64,000 bases of DNA from Eledone cirrhosa (Eukaryota), in contig OZ024744.1 in the NCBI GenBank assembly GCA_964016885.1, forward strand, positions 77,562,001 through 77,626,000, in the 5' to 3' direction. The notes beneath the pieces are model-generated. The model saw only the letters and a list, made by a program, of their open reading frames with translations. It was not told where the DNA came from and made no database searches. The position numbers were made by a program, and so were the translations under genes. Positions 35,496 through 48,916 of the stretch are shown piece after piece. Each line of letters starts with the position of its first letter. Within the stretch, counting starts at the first letter, position 1.

Positions 35496-35835
35496 GGTCG
35501 GGTCACTCTTGAGTGCTACTGGTAACATGTAACCCAGTACAACCTCTCACATGGTCGGGTCGTCGACAATTAAACCGGCAATCCCATCGAATTTACTTGG
35601 TGAAACTGGGATGACTCCGATATAAAACCTGCAGCTCAGTAGTTACCGATGATGTTGATCTTTTCTTCTTTTCGGGTTATAGCTGCTGTAACTCAGGGAG
35701 TGGGATTGGCTCAGTGCACAGTCTTTCCTCACTTTAAAATATATCTTCTCGCACAGGCATTGCACGATAGAATTAATTAATAATTATTAATAATGGTATA
35801 ACCATACTCGATAACGAGGGGGCAGCCATCATGTA
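35496..35835 (+). mobile_element. Diverged relative of the RTE-derived element with RTE 3' stem-loop
   Basis: GTGCTACTGGTAACATGTAACCCAGTACAACC head; CCATACTCGATAACGAGGGGGCAGCCATCATG tail. Confidence 0.75.
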
Positions 35836-36047
35836 TGTAGATAGATATGTATGTGTGTATGTATGTATGTATTATGTAGGTAGGTATGTATGTAGGTAGG
35901 TAGGTAAGTATGTATGTAGGTAGGTACGTAGTTAGGTAGATCGGTAGGTAGTAATGTAAGTATGTATGTATGTTGTGTGTATGTATGTAATGTATGTATA
36001 TTTGTATGTTTGTAACGTTTATATATAAATATGTATGTGTGTGTGTG

Positions 36048-36316
<269 letters not shown>

Positions 36317-36712
36317 TATTATATATATATATATATATATATACATAAATTTCAACATCGCAGTAATGGATAATGTTTTCTACAATTTACTTTTATTTTA
36401 ATTATTCTTTTGAAATGTTCGTACTAGTTGATAAAAATGTTTTGTTTTTTTATGTCTGCTAATGGATATGTAACGCTCTAATGGAGAAAAAATCCATTGA
36501 ATAAATAACTAAATAGTTAAATAAATGTATGTAAATTTTAAATAGGTTTGCAATTCCGTTTAAAAGTTAAAGCACAAGAAAATTGAACTTAGCTGAAGAA
36601 GTCAGTATAAACCGAAATATTTCCAGAGATTGTCTCCCTTGTTTATGTGGAAAACGTCGAACAATATGAGCTATTGACTAATATCCATTTTTTTCCCCCA
36701 CATTACATATTT

Positions 36713-36903
36713 GCGGTGGATTGGCAGTATGGGTAGAGGGTCGGATACCATGCTTTGACGCATAGTGTTACGGTCCTTGCCATTCTGAGTTCAAATCCCG
36801 CCGAGGTTAACTTTGCCTTTCATCCTTACGGTGTCGATAAAATAAAGTACCAGTAATACACTGGGTAATTGCTGGCCTTGTGCCAAAAGTAGAAACAATT
36901 ATT
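36713..36903 (+). mobile_element. tRNA-derived SINE, family 1
   Basis: A-box-like TGGCAGTATGGGTAG, B-box GTTCAAATCC, conserved core GAGGTTAACTTTGCCTTTCATCCTTACGG.GTCGATAAAATAAAGTACCAG, (ATT) tail; about 10 copies in window. Confidence 0.88.
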
Positions 36904-37329
36904 AGTTTATACATTGCTATTGGTAGTAGGAAAGCAGATGCGTGAGCGTGTGTCTGTGAAACAAAAGAACACAAAAAAAACAAACTCCTATAGGTCACTG
37001 CTTCGGTCTTTTTCGCAATCCCTATCTCTCATTATTATGAGCAATTGGGGCCCCATGCACCGTCGCTCCGCGGTTCCGGTGACTGGCCCCCGGCGAACAG
37101 AATAGAGAAGGCGTTTTCCCGGAGGATGGTGAAGGGCACACGTTGGAAGAGCCATTCCATCTTGCGAGAGACGGAGGTAGTGACAGTGGGAATTTGGTTC
37201 CTTTGTGTATATGTATATATTTCACGGACACACACTCACGCATAATCAATAGCAATGCATAATCACTGTTTCTACCCCAGTGTTTATTTTATTAGTTTAT
37301 TAATGTTTTCCGATTATATATGTTAACAC

Positions 37330-37620
37330 TGTAGCTCGGAGATCAGAGTCGCTCCAGATAGAGTATCGCAGCTCCGATACTACGGGCATGTGGTTAGAAT
37401 ATCTCACGAAAGAATCGCTGGACAGATTTTACGGGCGAAACCAACAGATAGGAGACCCAGGAGTAGACCCCCCGAGCAAGATGGTTGGGGAACATCCATG
37501 AGCTTGGCTGGTCCCGCTTAGTGATCCAGTCGGATCAGTTGAAGACGGTTGCTTCTGACAGGACCCACTGGAAGGAGTGTTTGAGGACTCTGACCCTCTC
37601 AGGAATAAGTGAGTGAAGAA
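37330..37620 (+). pseudogene. Old RTE-like LINE 3' fragment
   Basis: Reads QLRYYGHVVRISHERIAGQILRAKPTDRRPRSRP, similar to the RTE C-terminal LRWFGHV..RPRGRP motif. Confidence 0.6.
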
Positions 37621-38829
37621 AGGAAGAACACTGTCTTTTTATCTGTCTGATGGTCTCAACCACTTCATGACAAATTTACTGGGGTGGAGACAGCCCGTCG
37701 CCTCACCACGCTTGCCTTCCTTTCCAAGTCGAAATTGAAAAAGTTGATGAGATTCCTAGAGAAAGGGGATAGTGTTTATCTTCAGTTTTTTTTGTGTGTG
37801 TGTGTGTGTGTGTTTTCAGTTGTGTCCACTACAGCTTCTTTCGCTAAAGACAGGAAAACTGCCCGTCCTTCTGTCAGGAAGGTTAATAACAAATAATATT
37901 CCAAACTTTTATTCTGCTTGTCATTCGACATGTTACACGTGCTAAGCAACATCTACTCTCATTACTTTCTTAAACAATCCGGAGCAAGCACCTATAAGGT
38001 TTCTTACCGATATTGGTAACATTGATCCGCAGAAAAAAATAAATAAATAAGGAAAGGAGACAATCATCAGATCGAACAAAGAAAACCATGTTTCCATTAG
38101 TATTCTAATTACTAATACTATTTTCCAGTCGTAATTCTTGATAGAAGGAGGATCAACTTGAACTTAGAACATACAGAGCCAGATGAGCTGCCGCAGAGCA
38201 TCCTGCAAATCTGACGTTCCTGAACTGGCACTTTATTATTTATAAGGCCCAAAAGGAGACAGTTCTTACAGCCACTAAGAACAACTTATTTGTAAGCTCG
38301 AACATCAAATGAGTATCTGTTAGGATGTTTCATTTCAAATTACGCTTGCTGCATTTGACTTAGCTGATTTTAAAAAAATGCCAATTTGAGGACCTACATG
38401 AGGTTAACCCTAACCCTAACCATAACCCTAACTCTAACTCCAAGTTCGTCCACCATCTCCTCCTCATAGATTACCTAAAATTATGTAAATGGTCTCCAAC
38501 TTGGCAATCTCCCGCAGTATTGTCAAACAACTTAGTAAGGACATGTGATCTGGACAAGAGGATTTCAACAAGTTGGCAACACAATGAGGTAGTGTGACCG
38601 TGATTTTATAAACCCTTCTAAACTGAGGACTGATAAAATTTAAATTTATCTTCAGCTGGAACTTATCTATGTTGATTTTGTTTTTATACAATATGGAAAA
38701 TTCAAGAGGGTATCAATAAAGTAAGATAAATTGGGGAGATAATACAGGAGCTGGGTAATCATCTTTCTACAAATATTGGAGTATAAATGAAAGTAAAGCG
38801 GTATATGTGTAAGCAGTATGTATATGCAC

Positions 38830-39080
38830 GTCGCCTAGTGGTAAGGGTGTTGGACTTACGATCATAATGTTGTGGGTTCAATTCCTGGGATCGGTTGTGT
38901 GTTGTGTTCTTGAACAAAACACTTCATTTCACATTGCTCCAGTATACTCAGCTGAAAATGAGTACCAGCAATAGCTGCGGGGTTTCAACCCTCCGATAGA
39001 TTGGTGTCTGTTCAGTCGCCTCACACCATGAAACCGGGATAAGTACCGGCCTAACGGGCTTTGAATGGCTTAAGACAGAC
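38830..39080 (+). mobile_element. tRNA-derived SINE, family 2 (another copy on minus at about 40549-40660)
   Basis: GTCGCCTAGTGGTAAG (A box), GGTTCAATTCC (B box), core TGTGTTCTTGAACAAAACACTT..TTGCTCCAG..ACTCAGCTG. Confidence 0.75.
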
Positions 39081-39396
39081 TACGAATAAGAATGAGAATC
39101 ATATATTCTGACAAAGTTAAAAAAAAAAAAGAATGTTATAAACTTGTTTTGCTAGCAAGAAATATCACGCGCTATAAATCTATTAGCACATTTGCAGTCT
39201 GAATCACATAACAAATAGCTTTTAGATGTTGATCTAACATACTTAGACTCCAAGGACAAAACTCTGCTCAAACAGTCTACGTCCTATATCGTGTGTATGC
39301 CACAAACAACTGCACATCATTAGAAGAGATAGTAGTAAGTTGTAGTAAGTTATTAATGATGCCTACAACCTTTCTAACTTAAGTAAAGGGCCAGAT

Positions 39397-39564
39397 CAGA
39401 GCCGGATTTAGGACAAATGAGGCTCTGTGTTAGTTAAGTTATGAGGCTCCTTACTTCGGCCCTGAAGGAGGTAAAACATTTTTTTTTACAGGAACATGGG
39501 CCCTCCCTGGCCAACAGGGCCCCGTGCTTAAGCACACCTAAGCACAATGGTAAATTTGACACTG
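39397..39564 (+). mobile_element. hAT-like MITE
   Basis: TIRs CAGAGCCGGATTTA / TAAATTTGACACTG; 8-bp flanks GGCCAGAT / AGCCAGAT; inverted copy at 48384-48562. Confidence 0.75.
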
Positions 39565-39838
39565 AGCCAGATACATACATTTGTTGACTATGATAATAAA
39601 ATAAGGTCACAAATCAAAGAAAATTCTCTCACACAAAAATGGGATTAAATTTCGAAAAGTTAATATCTGAACCTAAAGCCTGACCAAAAATAGACATACC
39701 GATAACAGTGTAGTGAACAACCAGTAAGGTAAGCCTTTACGTAGATATTACTTCCACGAAATGCTCTACATATATATACAATCTTTTTTTCTTTAAAAAC
39801 TTATGTGTAAGTTAGAAGCTTCATCGAGTTCTTGTCTA

Positions 39839-40060
39839 AATAATTGTTCCTACTTTAGACACAAGGGCAACAATTTAAAGGGGTGGGGTAAGTCGATTAT
39901 ATTGACCACAGTACATTACTGGTATTTTTTATTTTATCGATCCCCGTAATGTTGAAAGGCAAAGCTAACCTCGGCGGGATTTGAACTCAGAACGTAAAGG
40001 GATGTAACTCTATGCCGCGAAGCATGGTGTCCGACGATCTACCGATATTGCCAATCCACT
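39839..40060 (-). mobile_element. tRNA-derived SINE, family 1
   Basis: Reverse complement of core; GGGATTTGAAC B box. Confidence 0.85.
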
Positions 40061-40776
40061 AAATAATTGGTTCTTAACACCAAATGGAGTTGCAGCGACA
40101 TCGTAGTGATATACGGCGTATCATGGGCCCTTTATACCTGACGGAGCCCATTACCTCTACAAGTCTGAAGACAGCTGATTTCTTCCAAAGAGAGAGGGGG
40201 GGGGGAAGAGAGAGACGGGGAGAAAGAGGGAGAGGGGTGAAAGAGGAGGGGGAGAGAGAAAGAGAGAGAGAGATTGGCAAAGAGGGAGAAAAAAAGAGAC
40301 ATGACAAAGAGGGAGAGAGAGAGAGAGAGGGAGAGAGAGAGTGAATGAGTGAGAGCCACACGATGGCAAAGAGGGAGACAGAGAGAAAAAGAGAGAGTCA
40401 GACGGTGACAAAGAGAGAGAGAGAGCCTGAAAGACAGACAGACATTTTAGCAACTTAAAAGAACACTATATAAATCGGACCAAGGAAACAATGTTTCCAT
40501 TGGTCGTACCATTGCTGATACTATCTACCGGTCGCAATTCCAGGCAGAAGGAGCAATGTGAAATAAAGTGTCTTGCTCAAGGATATAACGCATCACCCAG
40601 TCCGAGAATTGAACTCGCAATCTCACGATTGTGAATCCAACTCTCTTACCTCGAAGCCACTACACTGACATGCAAGCTTGCTTGAGTTAACAAACTGTGT
40701 ATCCACTGAATCCTACTCCATTTACTTGTCTCTTTGCCTTGCCTTACCTTTGTTACATCACATCCTGAAAAATATG

Positions 40777-40930
40777 GGCGGTGAATTGGCAGAGTCGTTA
40801 GAACATCGGATAGCATGTTTTGTAGTAATCATTTCGGCTCTCTGAGTTCAAATCCCGTCGAGGTCAACTTTGACTTTCATCCATTCAAGGTCGAGAAAAA
40901 AGTGCCAGTCTAGTACTGAGGTCGACACTT
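40777..40930 (+). mobile_element. tRNA-derived SINE, family 1, diverged
   Basis: GGCGGTGAATTGGCAG..GAGTTCAAATCCCGTCGAGGTCAACTTTG. Confidence 0.75.
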
Positions 40931-41386
40931 CCTCTAAATTTGTTTCTCACTTTTTTCCTCTCACTTTCTCTCTATCCTTCTCTGGAATAAATCTACTGTA
41001 TTCAGGCCTGGAGAGGAGATGGACTCCACCAGGTTTTTAAAATGCTTTAGAAACGCCGTATGTCAATATGGCGTCCCTACGACTCCTCAGAAGTTGCGAG
41101 TCCCTACCATACCATCCTGAAAAACACTTTTACCAATTATTCTTCCCAAAGCCAGTGCCTTTATATGCTAACTCTACAATGAGAATCTCCTTCTCCTGGT
41201 TATACACCATATTCTCCTAAGTTGATGAACCTAGTTTCTGACAGTTCTTGCTCTAACTACACTAGAAATATTACTGAACCTGCACGTTTCAAAACATAGT
41301 TCACACACCAACACCAATTTACGGCACTTTCCACAACACTGTTATGTGTTTAGAGGCTTATTTATTGAAATTATTATATATTTAAT

Positions 41387-41502
41387 GTTCAAATCCCGCC
41401 GAGGTTAACTTTGCCTTTCATCTTTACGGGGTCGATAAAATAAAGTACCAGTAATGTACTGGGATAATTGCTGGCCTTGTGCCAAAAGTAGAAACAATTA
41501 TT
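41387..41502 (+). mobile_element. tRNA-derived SINE, family 1, 5'-truncated
   Basis: Starts at B box; core and tail intact. Confidence 0.85.
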
Positions 41503-41545
41503 ATATATTTGTATAAAACTGTATTCCTTTGAGGTTAGGTTATAC

Positions 41546-41726
41546 TAGTCCTGTCAACTCTCTTCGTCCGACGGGGAGATTTCCCGCCCACTTTCGGGTG
41601 AGTGAGAGATGTCTTCTCTTGTGAAAATGGATATAGTTTTCATTATGTAAAATCTCCCCATTTTGCTTCATTTCTCTCCATTTTGCATGGTACTCATCGT
41701 TTGGGTTTTAGAGGTTGGCAGATCTG
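41546..41726 (+). mobile_element. MITE with 13-bp TIRs and 7-bp TSD
   Basis: TAGTCCTGTCAAC / GTTGGCAGATCTG flanked by GTTATAC on both sides; second copy 63188-63384. Confidence 0.75.
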
Positions 41727-42254
41727 GTTATACGCCTCAATGACGTCTGTGTCTCGTTGAAATCAGCGCCTCTTTGAGATCTTCGCCCTTGGCGACTGCT
41801 TAGCCTTATTGACAGCGCCAGACCTCGTCTCTCACCCCAAAACTAAATAACCTCTGGAATTAAATCTTGTCTATATTTTCCCCTATAAAGCTTATCAGTC
41901 TCGAGAAGTTCTTGTTTAAAATGCAAAGTGACCCTGTAAAAAAGGAAAAAAAAAATAATAATGGCCATATGCCGCCTCTCTAGTCAAAAAATTGATTTTT
42001 AAAAATCCATGTTCTTTTACACTTTAGAAAGCAATTAAAATAAAAACGCCCATAAACAGTAGTGGAACGCTTAGTTAATAAGATAAGATATTAAATTGTC
42101 AGTGAAAGTATTAGCTAAGCTGTTGTCGGTAGTGAAAGTGAAGTGGATTGTAAAGGTATTGAGTAGAGCTTATTCAACGCAAAAATAGCACATGGAATAC
42201 TACATTAAGATTTTAATAATGAGCCACCACATCTGCTTCTCTTTGATTATATGA

Positions 42255-42830
42255 GTGTGTGAGCAATTTCTTTGTGGGTGATCTGAAACTATATGCCAAG
42301 AACATGGATGGGATGAAGAAAAATCTTGACCTGGTTACAACATTCTCAAAGGATACAGGAATAGAGTTTGGCCAAGATAAATGCTCATATATGACTGTAA
42401 AGCGGGGAAAAACAACAACCCAATCTAGCAACATTGTCATCAATGGCCTAACTGTTTCACCGATATCTGATGAGGACTGCTACAGATACCTGGGGATGGA
42501 TGAGAACATATCCTATAATGGTATCTGTAATAAGGAACGCGTAACCACGGAATATTGCACCCGATTAAGAAAGATATGGTCATCGGAACTCTCTGTGCAA
42601 AACAAAACAGTGGCTCCCAAGGTGTTTGCTGTGCCTGTCCTAACACCAACGTTTGGAATACTCAATTGGACGATAGACGAAATCCGAGCAATTGATGTTA
42701 GAACTCGAAAAATACTCAACACCGGAAACTTCCATATCAACAGTGACATAGACCGCCTTTACTTGAAACGTAAGCAGAGAGGCAGAGGCCTAACATCAGT
42801 CCAGACAGCATTTGAATGTCGCATTTTTGC
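42255..42830 (+). pseudogene. R4/Dong-like RT fragment, third family
   Basis: FFVGDLKLYA..FGQDKC..YRYLG..KIWSSELS..IDRLYLKRKQRGRGL, homologous to 17580-18110. Confidence 0.88.
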
Positions 42831-43582
42831 CAATTGCTGTCTTTGACAGCATTTAGCTATTTTAACGGCTGTTCTGGAGATGAATTTTCTCATTTTTTTA
42901 ATATGTATTACATTTTAAGTTACACACTGTTGAACGTTTTCTCCCGTATTAATATATATTATCTCCCCTTACAAACACTCTTTCGTTCTGCCTCCAATTC
43001 TATTTCACCCCTTCTCTCAATTTTATGTCAGTTTTATAGCCTCAATGTCTTACTCTTTAAAGAATATATTCTCTTTATCTGTTAGACACGCAGTGACTAA
43101 CAACAGAATGTTTTAAGTCTGCGTATCTGATATATATAAGCGTAGCTTGTGAATAAAAAATTCAAGGGGTGTCGCTGGCCGTGGTGATCGCTGCCAAACA
43201 GGTTTTGTAATGTATCGTCTTATTGGCTAATTTCATCGTCTTATTGGCTAATCAACCAACGAGAGTAATTGTTGCTCAAAAGCATCCGCCATTTTGTTTG
43301 CACGTTTATTTATCGTTTCGCTTTCGAATCTTCCTCCTGTATTTCGTCGTTTATCATCAAAATATTTTTCTCGTTTTGGTAAGTTATATTGTTAATTTAT
43401 ATATGATTTTTTAAAATTTATATTAACTATTTTTTTTTCAGTTCGTTATAACATGCTTATAATATTGGTTGTATCATATTTACTTGTATATTTGTCCATA
43501 TTATTGTTCGTTTTATGTTAGATTATTTTATTATTATTATGTTAGATTATTTTTTTATTATTATGTTAGACTATTTGTAAGT

Positions 43583-43757
43583 TTCAGTAGAGGGTCGGAC
43601 GCCATGCTTTGACGCATAGAGTTACGGCCCTTGCCATTCTGAGTTCAAATCCCGCCGAGGTTAACTTTGCGTTTCATCCATACGGGGTCGATAACATAAA
43701 GTACCAGTAATGCACTGGGAGAATTGTTGGCCTTGTGCCAAAAAGTAGAAACAATTA
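43583..43757 (+). mobile_element. tRNA-derived SINE, family 1
   Basis: B box, core and tail. Confidence 0.85.
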
Positions 43758-43980
43758 ATTCAGCTATAACAATTATGTAAAATATATTTATTTAATATTG
43801 ATAGTTTTTTGTAGTTGTTTAGATTAAAAGTCTGAAAATATTTTTATTCAATAATATTTATAAGATCATTTATAAAATAACAATTATATAATCTAATTAC
43901 ATTACAGCGATAATTTACTATTAGTATATATAATGTTTAACTAGAGTTATTACAAGCGTTGCCTTAAACAAATATTAAAC

Positions 43981-44756
43981 TAGACCTGAAAAATGCGCAA
44001 GCTCAAAAGAGCCACAGAATATTATAATAAACCTTCAAAAGTGTGGGACTAGAGTTGTTGCTCAAAAATATTGTAATCATTATCTATCGTACACTCTGTG
44101 GCATCCTTTTATAAAAAAAGAGACTCATAACGAACTCAAGACGACACGATAATTATTTAAGTGAATTTATAATATAGAATTCGGTTTAAGTGCATTTCGT
44201 ATTAATCATTAAACGGAAAAAATGAAACGAAATTTCATTTCTCACTCTTAGTACGGCTGTTACTTAAATATAAGTATGTATACGTACATACATATATGTA
44301 TACAGACGTATAGTAGTATGTATATATATATATATATACATGCACACATATATATATGTACGTATGGATTCACCGAACATTTATTATAATGCTTGCTGTG
44401 TTTGTAAACAAACATCCCGAATTAAGCCGTACAGTGTCTAGCAACCATCGTTGCTCATTTGTTCAACACTGACAAAGGAACGCTGTACTAGTTTCAAGCT
44501 TATTAGCTATCGTCAGCAACGTATACCTTCCTGCCAGTTGGTTGAACGTCTGAAAGTATATACTTTCCTTATGCATATTAACCATATTAACGGCTGAGCA
44601 GCCTAATTTGCATATCAAATGAGTTAATCGGCCGGGGTACCGAAAACGATAAACGGAAAAAATGAAACGAAATTTCATTTCTCACTCTTAGTACAGCTGT
44701 TACTTAAATATAAGTATGTATACGTACATACATATATGTATACAGACGTACAGTAG

Positions 44757-44792
<36 letters not shown>

Positions 44793-45081
44793 CATGCACA
44801 CATATATATATATATGTACGTATGGATTCACCGAACATTTATTATAATGCTCGGTGTGTTTGTAAACAAACATCCCGAATTAAGCCGTACAGTGTCTAGC
44901 AACCATCGTTGCTCATTTGTTCAACACTGACAAAGGAATGCTGTACTAGTTTCAAGCTGATTAGTTATCGTCAGCAACGTATACCTTCCTGCCAGATGGT
45001 TGAACCATACGTACATATATATGTGTGCATGTATGGATATATTCTCTCGGTGAATCCATACGTACATATATATATGTGTGC

Positions 45082-45120
<39 letters not shown>

Positions 45121-45391
45121 CTACTGTACGTCTGTATACATATATGTATGTACGTATACATACTTGTATTAATCATTATTAAACATCTAATATGAGATAT
45201 TGAACATTAGCTTAAATAATTATCGTGTCGTCTTGAGTTCGTGATAAGTCTCTTTTTTTATAAAAGGATGCCACAGAGTGTACGATAGATAATGATTACA
45301 ATATTTTTGAGCAACAACTCTAGTCCCACACTTTTGAAGGTTTATTATAACATTCTGTGGCTCTTTTGAGCTTGCGCATTTTTCAGGTCTA
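43981..45391. mobile_element. Fold-back element with about 180-bp TIRs and internal direct and inverted repeats
   Basis: 43981-44161 is the reverse complement of 45211-45391 (3 mismatches seen); internal tandem units near 44210-44570 and 44650-45005; inverted part 45006-45170. Confidence 0.8.
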
Positions 45392-45452
45392 TTAGATATA
45401 TTCTCTCTCTTTCAGTTAAAACTGATTCAGCAAATGCATTTCTCATCGTCTT

Positions 45453-45536
<84 letters not shown>

Positions 45537-45759
45537 TCTCTCTCTATCTATCTATCTATCCATCTATCCATCTATCTACCTATCTACCTGTCTCTCTCTA
45601 TCTTTCTTTCTCTCTTTCTTTCTTACTTTCTTTCTTTCTAACTTTCATTTTTCTCCTCCGCCCCTTTTTTTTTGCAATTTTTCTTTCTTCGTGTGTATCT
45701 CTCTATTCCCTTTTCTGCATCCTCTCTCGATGTCTTTATTTTTGTTTGTTTGTTCTCCC

Positions 45760-46035
45760 ATTGTGATTCCACTCTATCTATCACTAACGTACACAGCCTT
45801 GTTACAACTTCCACATGCACATGGTCAGAAATTGAGCATCATCTAGATATGTTGCGTAAAACCAATGGAGCCCACTTTGAAATGTTTTGATATGTTTAAA
45901 ACAACTTTATTTTTTTACTAATCTTTTCCACTAAATCCTCTAAAGTTATCTTAAGTTTTTGGGTTTTTTTTCCATTTTTTCTGAATTTCTTAAATTGTAA
46001 AGATAACTGTAAAGATAATTGATGGACACCCTCTA
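45760..46035 (+). mobile_element. Tc1/mariner-superfamily remnant (transposase C-terminus + right TIR)
   Basis: TWSEIEHHLDMLRKTNGAHFEMF* resembles the ..NG.HFE end of mariner-like transposases; ends GGACACCCTCTA. Confidence 0.6.
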
Positions 46036-46080
46036 TATTCTTGACTGTATCTAGCCATTATGTATTATTCTCGTTGAAAG

Positions 46081-46272
46081 GGCGGTGGATTGGCAGTATC
46101 GGTAGAGATGCGGACACCAAGCTTTGAAGCATAGAATTAGGTCCCTTTATGATCTGAGTTCAAATCCCGCCGAGGTTAACTTTGCCTTTCATCCTTACGG
46201 GGTCGATAAAATAAAGTACCATTAATACACTGGGTAATTGCTGGCCTTGTGCCAAAAAGTAGAAACAATTAT
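46081..46272 (+). mobile_element. tRNA-derived SINE, family 1, full length with TSD-like flanks
   Basis: ATTATTCTCGTTGAAA occurs before (about 46064-46079) and after (about 46268-46283) the element. Confidence 0.9.
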
Positions 46273-46750
46273 TCTCGTTGAAATCTTTCTTTTCGTTGCA
46301 GATCTTCTTCCAGACAAAAAAATGATTCACGACCTCCCCGAGAAGGGAAGATCTTGAATCATACACATAAAACTATCAAAAATGTTATATGAAAACCTCT
46401 TATAAAATTAAATAAACATAAAAAACCGCACAATACCTCACTAATTTTAATAAAACCCTAGCTAAAATGATTGAACCAGAAACAAGAGCCTCAACATGAG
46501 CTTTAGGTAGTCATAAATGAAAATAATATAAAGGTAATTTTACTAAACAAAGCAAACAACAAACCTACAAATCAATAAATATTTAGATTTAAAATTTATA
46601 TATATATGTATATATATATATGTAGGAGGTGAGTTTTATTGTAGTACAATAAAGCAATGCAGATATCGGATAAGAAGCACTCTACACGCTATATGTTGAT
46701 TTAAAACTGCACTATCCACAAGTGTTTTTAACCTTCATATCACGTATTCC

Positions 46751-46821
46751 TATTTTATCTGATGAAAACACAAATGTTATTGCATGATGATATTTGTTTT
46801 TGAAATGCGCATAATAAAATA
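46751..46821 (+). ncRNA. Type I hammerhead ribozyme (second copy of the solo-pLTR repeat 46693-46855)
   Basis: TATTTTAT CTGATGA .. GAAA TGCGC ATA ATAAAATA. Confidence 0.8.
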
Positions 46822-46922
46822 CATGGAACTCTTTTAACCATCTTTTGATCTTATATATTATGTATATATATATTATGTATATATATATTATGTATATATA
46901 TATTATGTATATATATATTATG

Positions 46923-46960
<38 letters not shown>

Positions 46961-46967
46961 TATATAC

Positions 46968-46998
<31 letters not shown>

Positions 46999-47303
46999 CA
47001 TATATATATACATATATATATATATGTGTGTATGTATATATGTATATATATACATACATATATTGAAAATTGCAAATTTGACTGTCACCACTGAATGTGA
47101 ACCTGAAGATTGCGAAAGCATGAAAGTACTTATTCAATTAACACTTAACATTTAATATTCTACCATACCATTTCATTCTAATACCATTATATTTTTAAAG
47201 GATTGTAAATAAAACGAGTAAATCAGACAAAGTTGGAATTCCTTTTATTAATATAATCTTCTATACACAATCATACGCACCCGTGTATATTTATTTATAT
47301 CTA

Positions 47304-47379
<76 letters not shown>

Positions 47380-47413
47380 CATATATGTATATATATATAT
47401 ATGTATATATGTA

Positions 47414-47490
<77 letters not shown>

Positions 47491-47917
47491 ATACTTTGGG
47501 AGGGTCATGTTGCCAATAAGAAACACACGCACCAGTTGCTTTCACTTCAATTTATTATAAATTAAATTTATAAATTTAGGAATTTATAAATTTCCGGTTA
47601 TAAAGCTAATGAAGTAATTACCGTATATATCATTTTGTATTTTGTATATACCTGCGTGTAACCACTCCGACTGATAACCCCATCCTAAAATTAAAAACAA
47701 TGTAGGAATTAAAGATATTTCAAGATCTCGAAGATGATTCTTTTTACGTCATCCGATACACAACTTGCGGGATTTGAAAATTATAAAATTATAGGCAATG
47801 TCTTTCATTAAAAATAAGGTAAGACAAACAATGGTTATAATGTTAATATTTATCTGAAAACCTTGTACCATAATTTTATGTAAGAAACTTTGTTAAGTTA
47901 TGTTCCAAACACTATCT

Positions 47918-48132
47918 TAATAATTGTTTCTACATTTGGCACAAGACCAGCAATTTGAAGGGAAGGGGAAAATCGACCCCAGTGCGTTACTGGTACTTTA
48001 TTTTATAGACCCCGTAGGGATGAAAGGCAAAGTTAACCACGGCGGGATTTGAACTAAGAACGTTAAGGGCCATAACTAAATACTGCAAAGCATTTTGTCC
48101 GATGCTCTACCGCTTCTGCCAATCCGCAGCCT
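47918..48132 (-). mobile_element. tRNA-derived SINE, family 1
   Basis: Reverse complement of core and boxes. Confidence 0.85.
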
Positions 48133-48383
48133 TTAACACCGGCTTAATAATGACAAAATTAATACAAAGCATCCTGTATATGAATGGAATGAGATAATAA
48201 CTTTATAACTTTATTCATGTATGTATATTCTATGGAAATAAATCAAATCTACACACCACTACCACCACTATCACCACCACCACCATAAATAAAACTTAAG
48301 AGTTTGTCTGCCTCCTGGTCCCCTGTGGATTTTAAACAACTTGCGGTTAATATGCTAGTTCATTGACATTTATTTCCCCGATA

Positions 48384-48562
48384 CAGTGACGGATTTACCA
48401 TTGTGCTTAGGTGTGCTTAATCACAGGGCGCCGTTGGCCAGGGGATCTTCCTTCCCCCACCAAAAAAGATTTTTTTTACCGGGCCTACCTCCATCAGGGA
48501 CCAAGTAAGGGCCCTCATAACTTAACTAGCACAGAGCTTCATTTATCCTAAATCCGACATTG
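48384..48562 (-). mobile_element. hAT-like MITE, second copy
   Basis: CAGTGACGGATTTA / TAAATCCGACATTG; flanks CCCCGATA / CCTCGACA. Confidence 0.7.
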
Positions 48563-48624
48563 CCTCGACAACGATTTTCTTTTTACTCAATGTCTTCAGT
48601 TCATGTTTTAAAACTATTAATTCC

Positions 48625-48875
48625 TAAAATTGGAGTATTCTCAGCGTGATGAGAAGATGTAAACAGCTGAATACTTTATGGGGGTGGGGGGGGGGGGGGG
48701 GGGGGGTTAAGATACAACCCCAAATCGAACGGAGAGTGGAAGAGAGAGGAAGAAAGAAAGTCTAAAGTATGAGATGGTTATATCTTAACCCCCCAGCCCC
48801 ACCCCACCAATTTATTATGCATATAGTATCCAGCTGTTTACAGCTACCTCTCGCGCTGAGAATAATCCAATTTTA
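48625..48875. mobile_element. Palindromic MITE-like element
   Basis: TAAAATTGGAGTATTCTCAGCG..GGTTAAGATA and TATCTTAACC..CGCTGAGAATAATCCAATTTTA form about 95-bp imperfect arms. Confidence 0.65.
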
Positions 48876-48916
48876 CGAATATTCATATACACTCATCGCT
48901 TCAAACCTTTTCAATT

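Noticed and set aside
36713-36800. tRNA genes suggested by GTTCAAATCC boxes
   Set aside because: No cloverleaf; each continues into the same SINE body.
38405-38440. Telomeric (TAACCC)n as chromosome-fusion scar
   Set aside because: Only about 6 degenerate units, single orientation; common inside invertebrate repeats.
43981-45391. Editing-type bias in the large TIRs
   Set aside because: Only 3 mismatches, of mixed type; uninformative.
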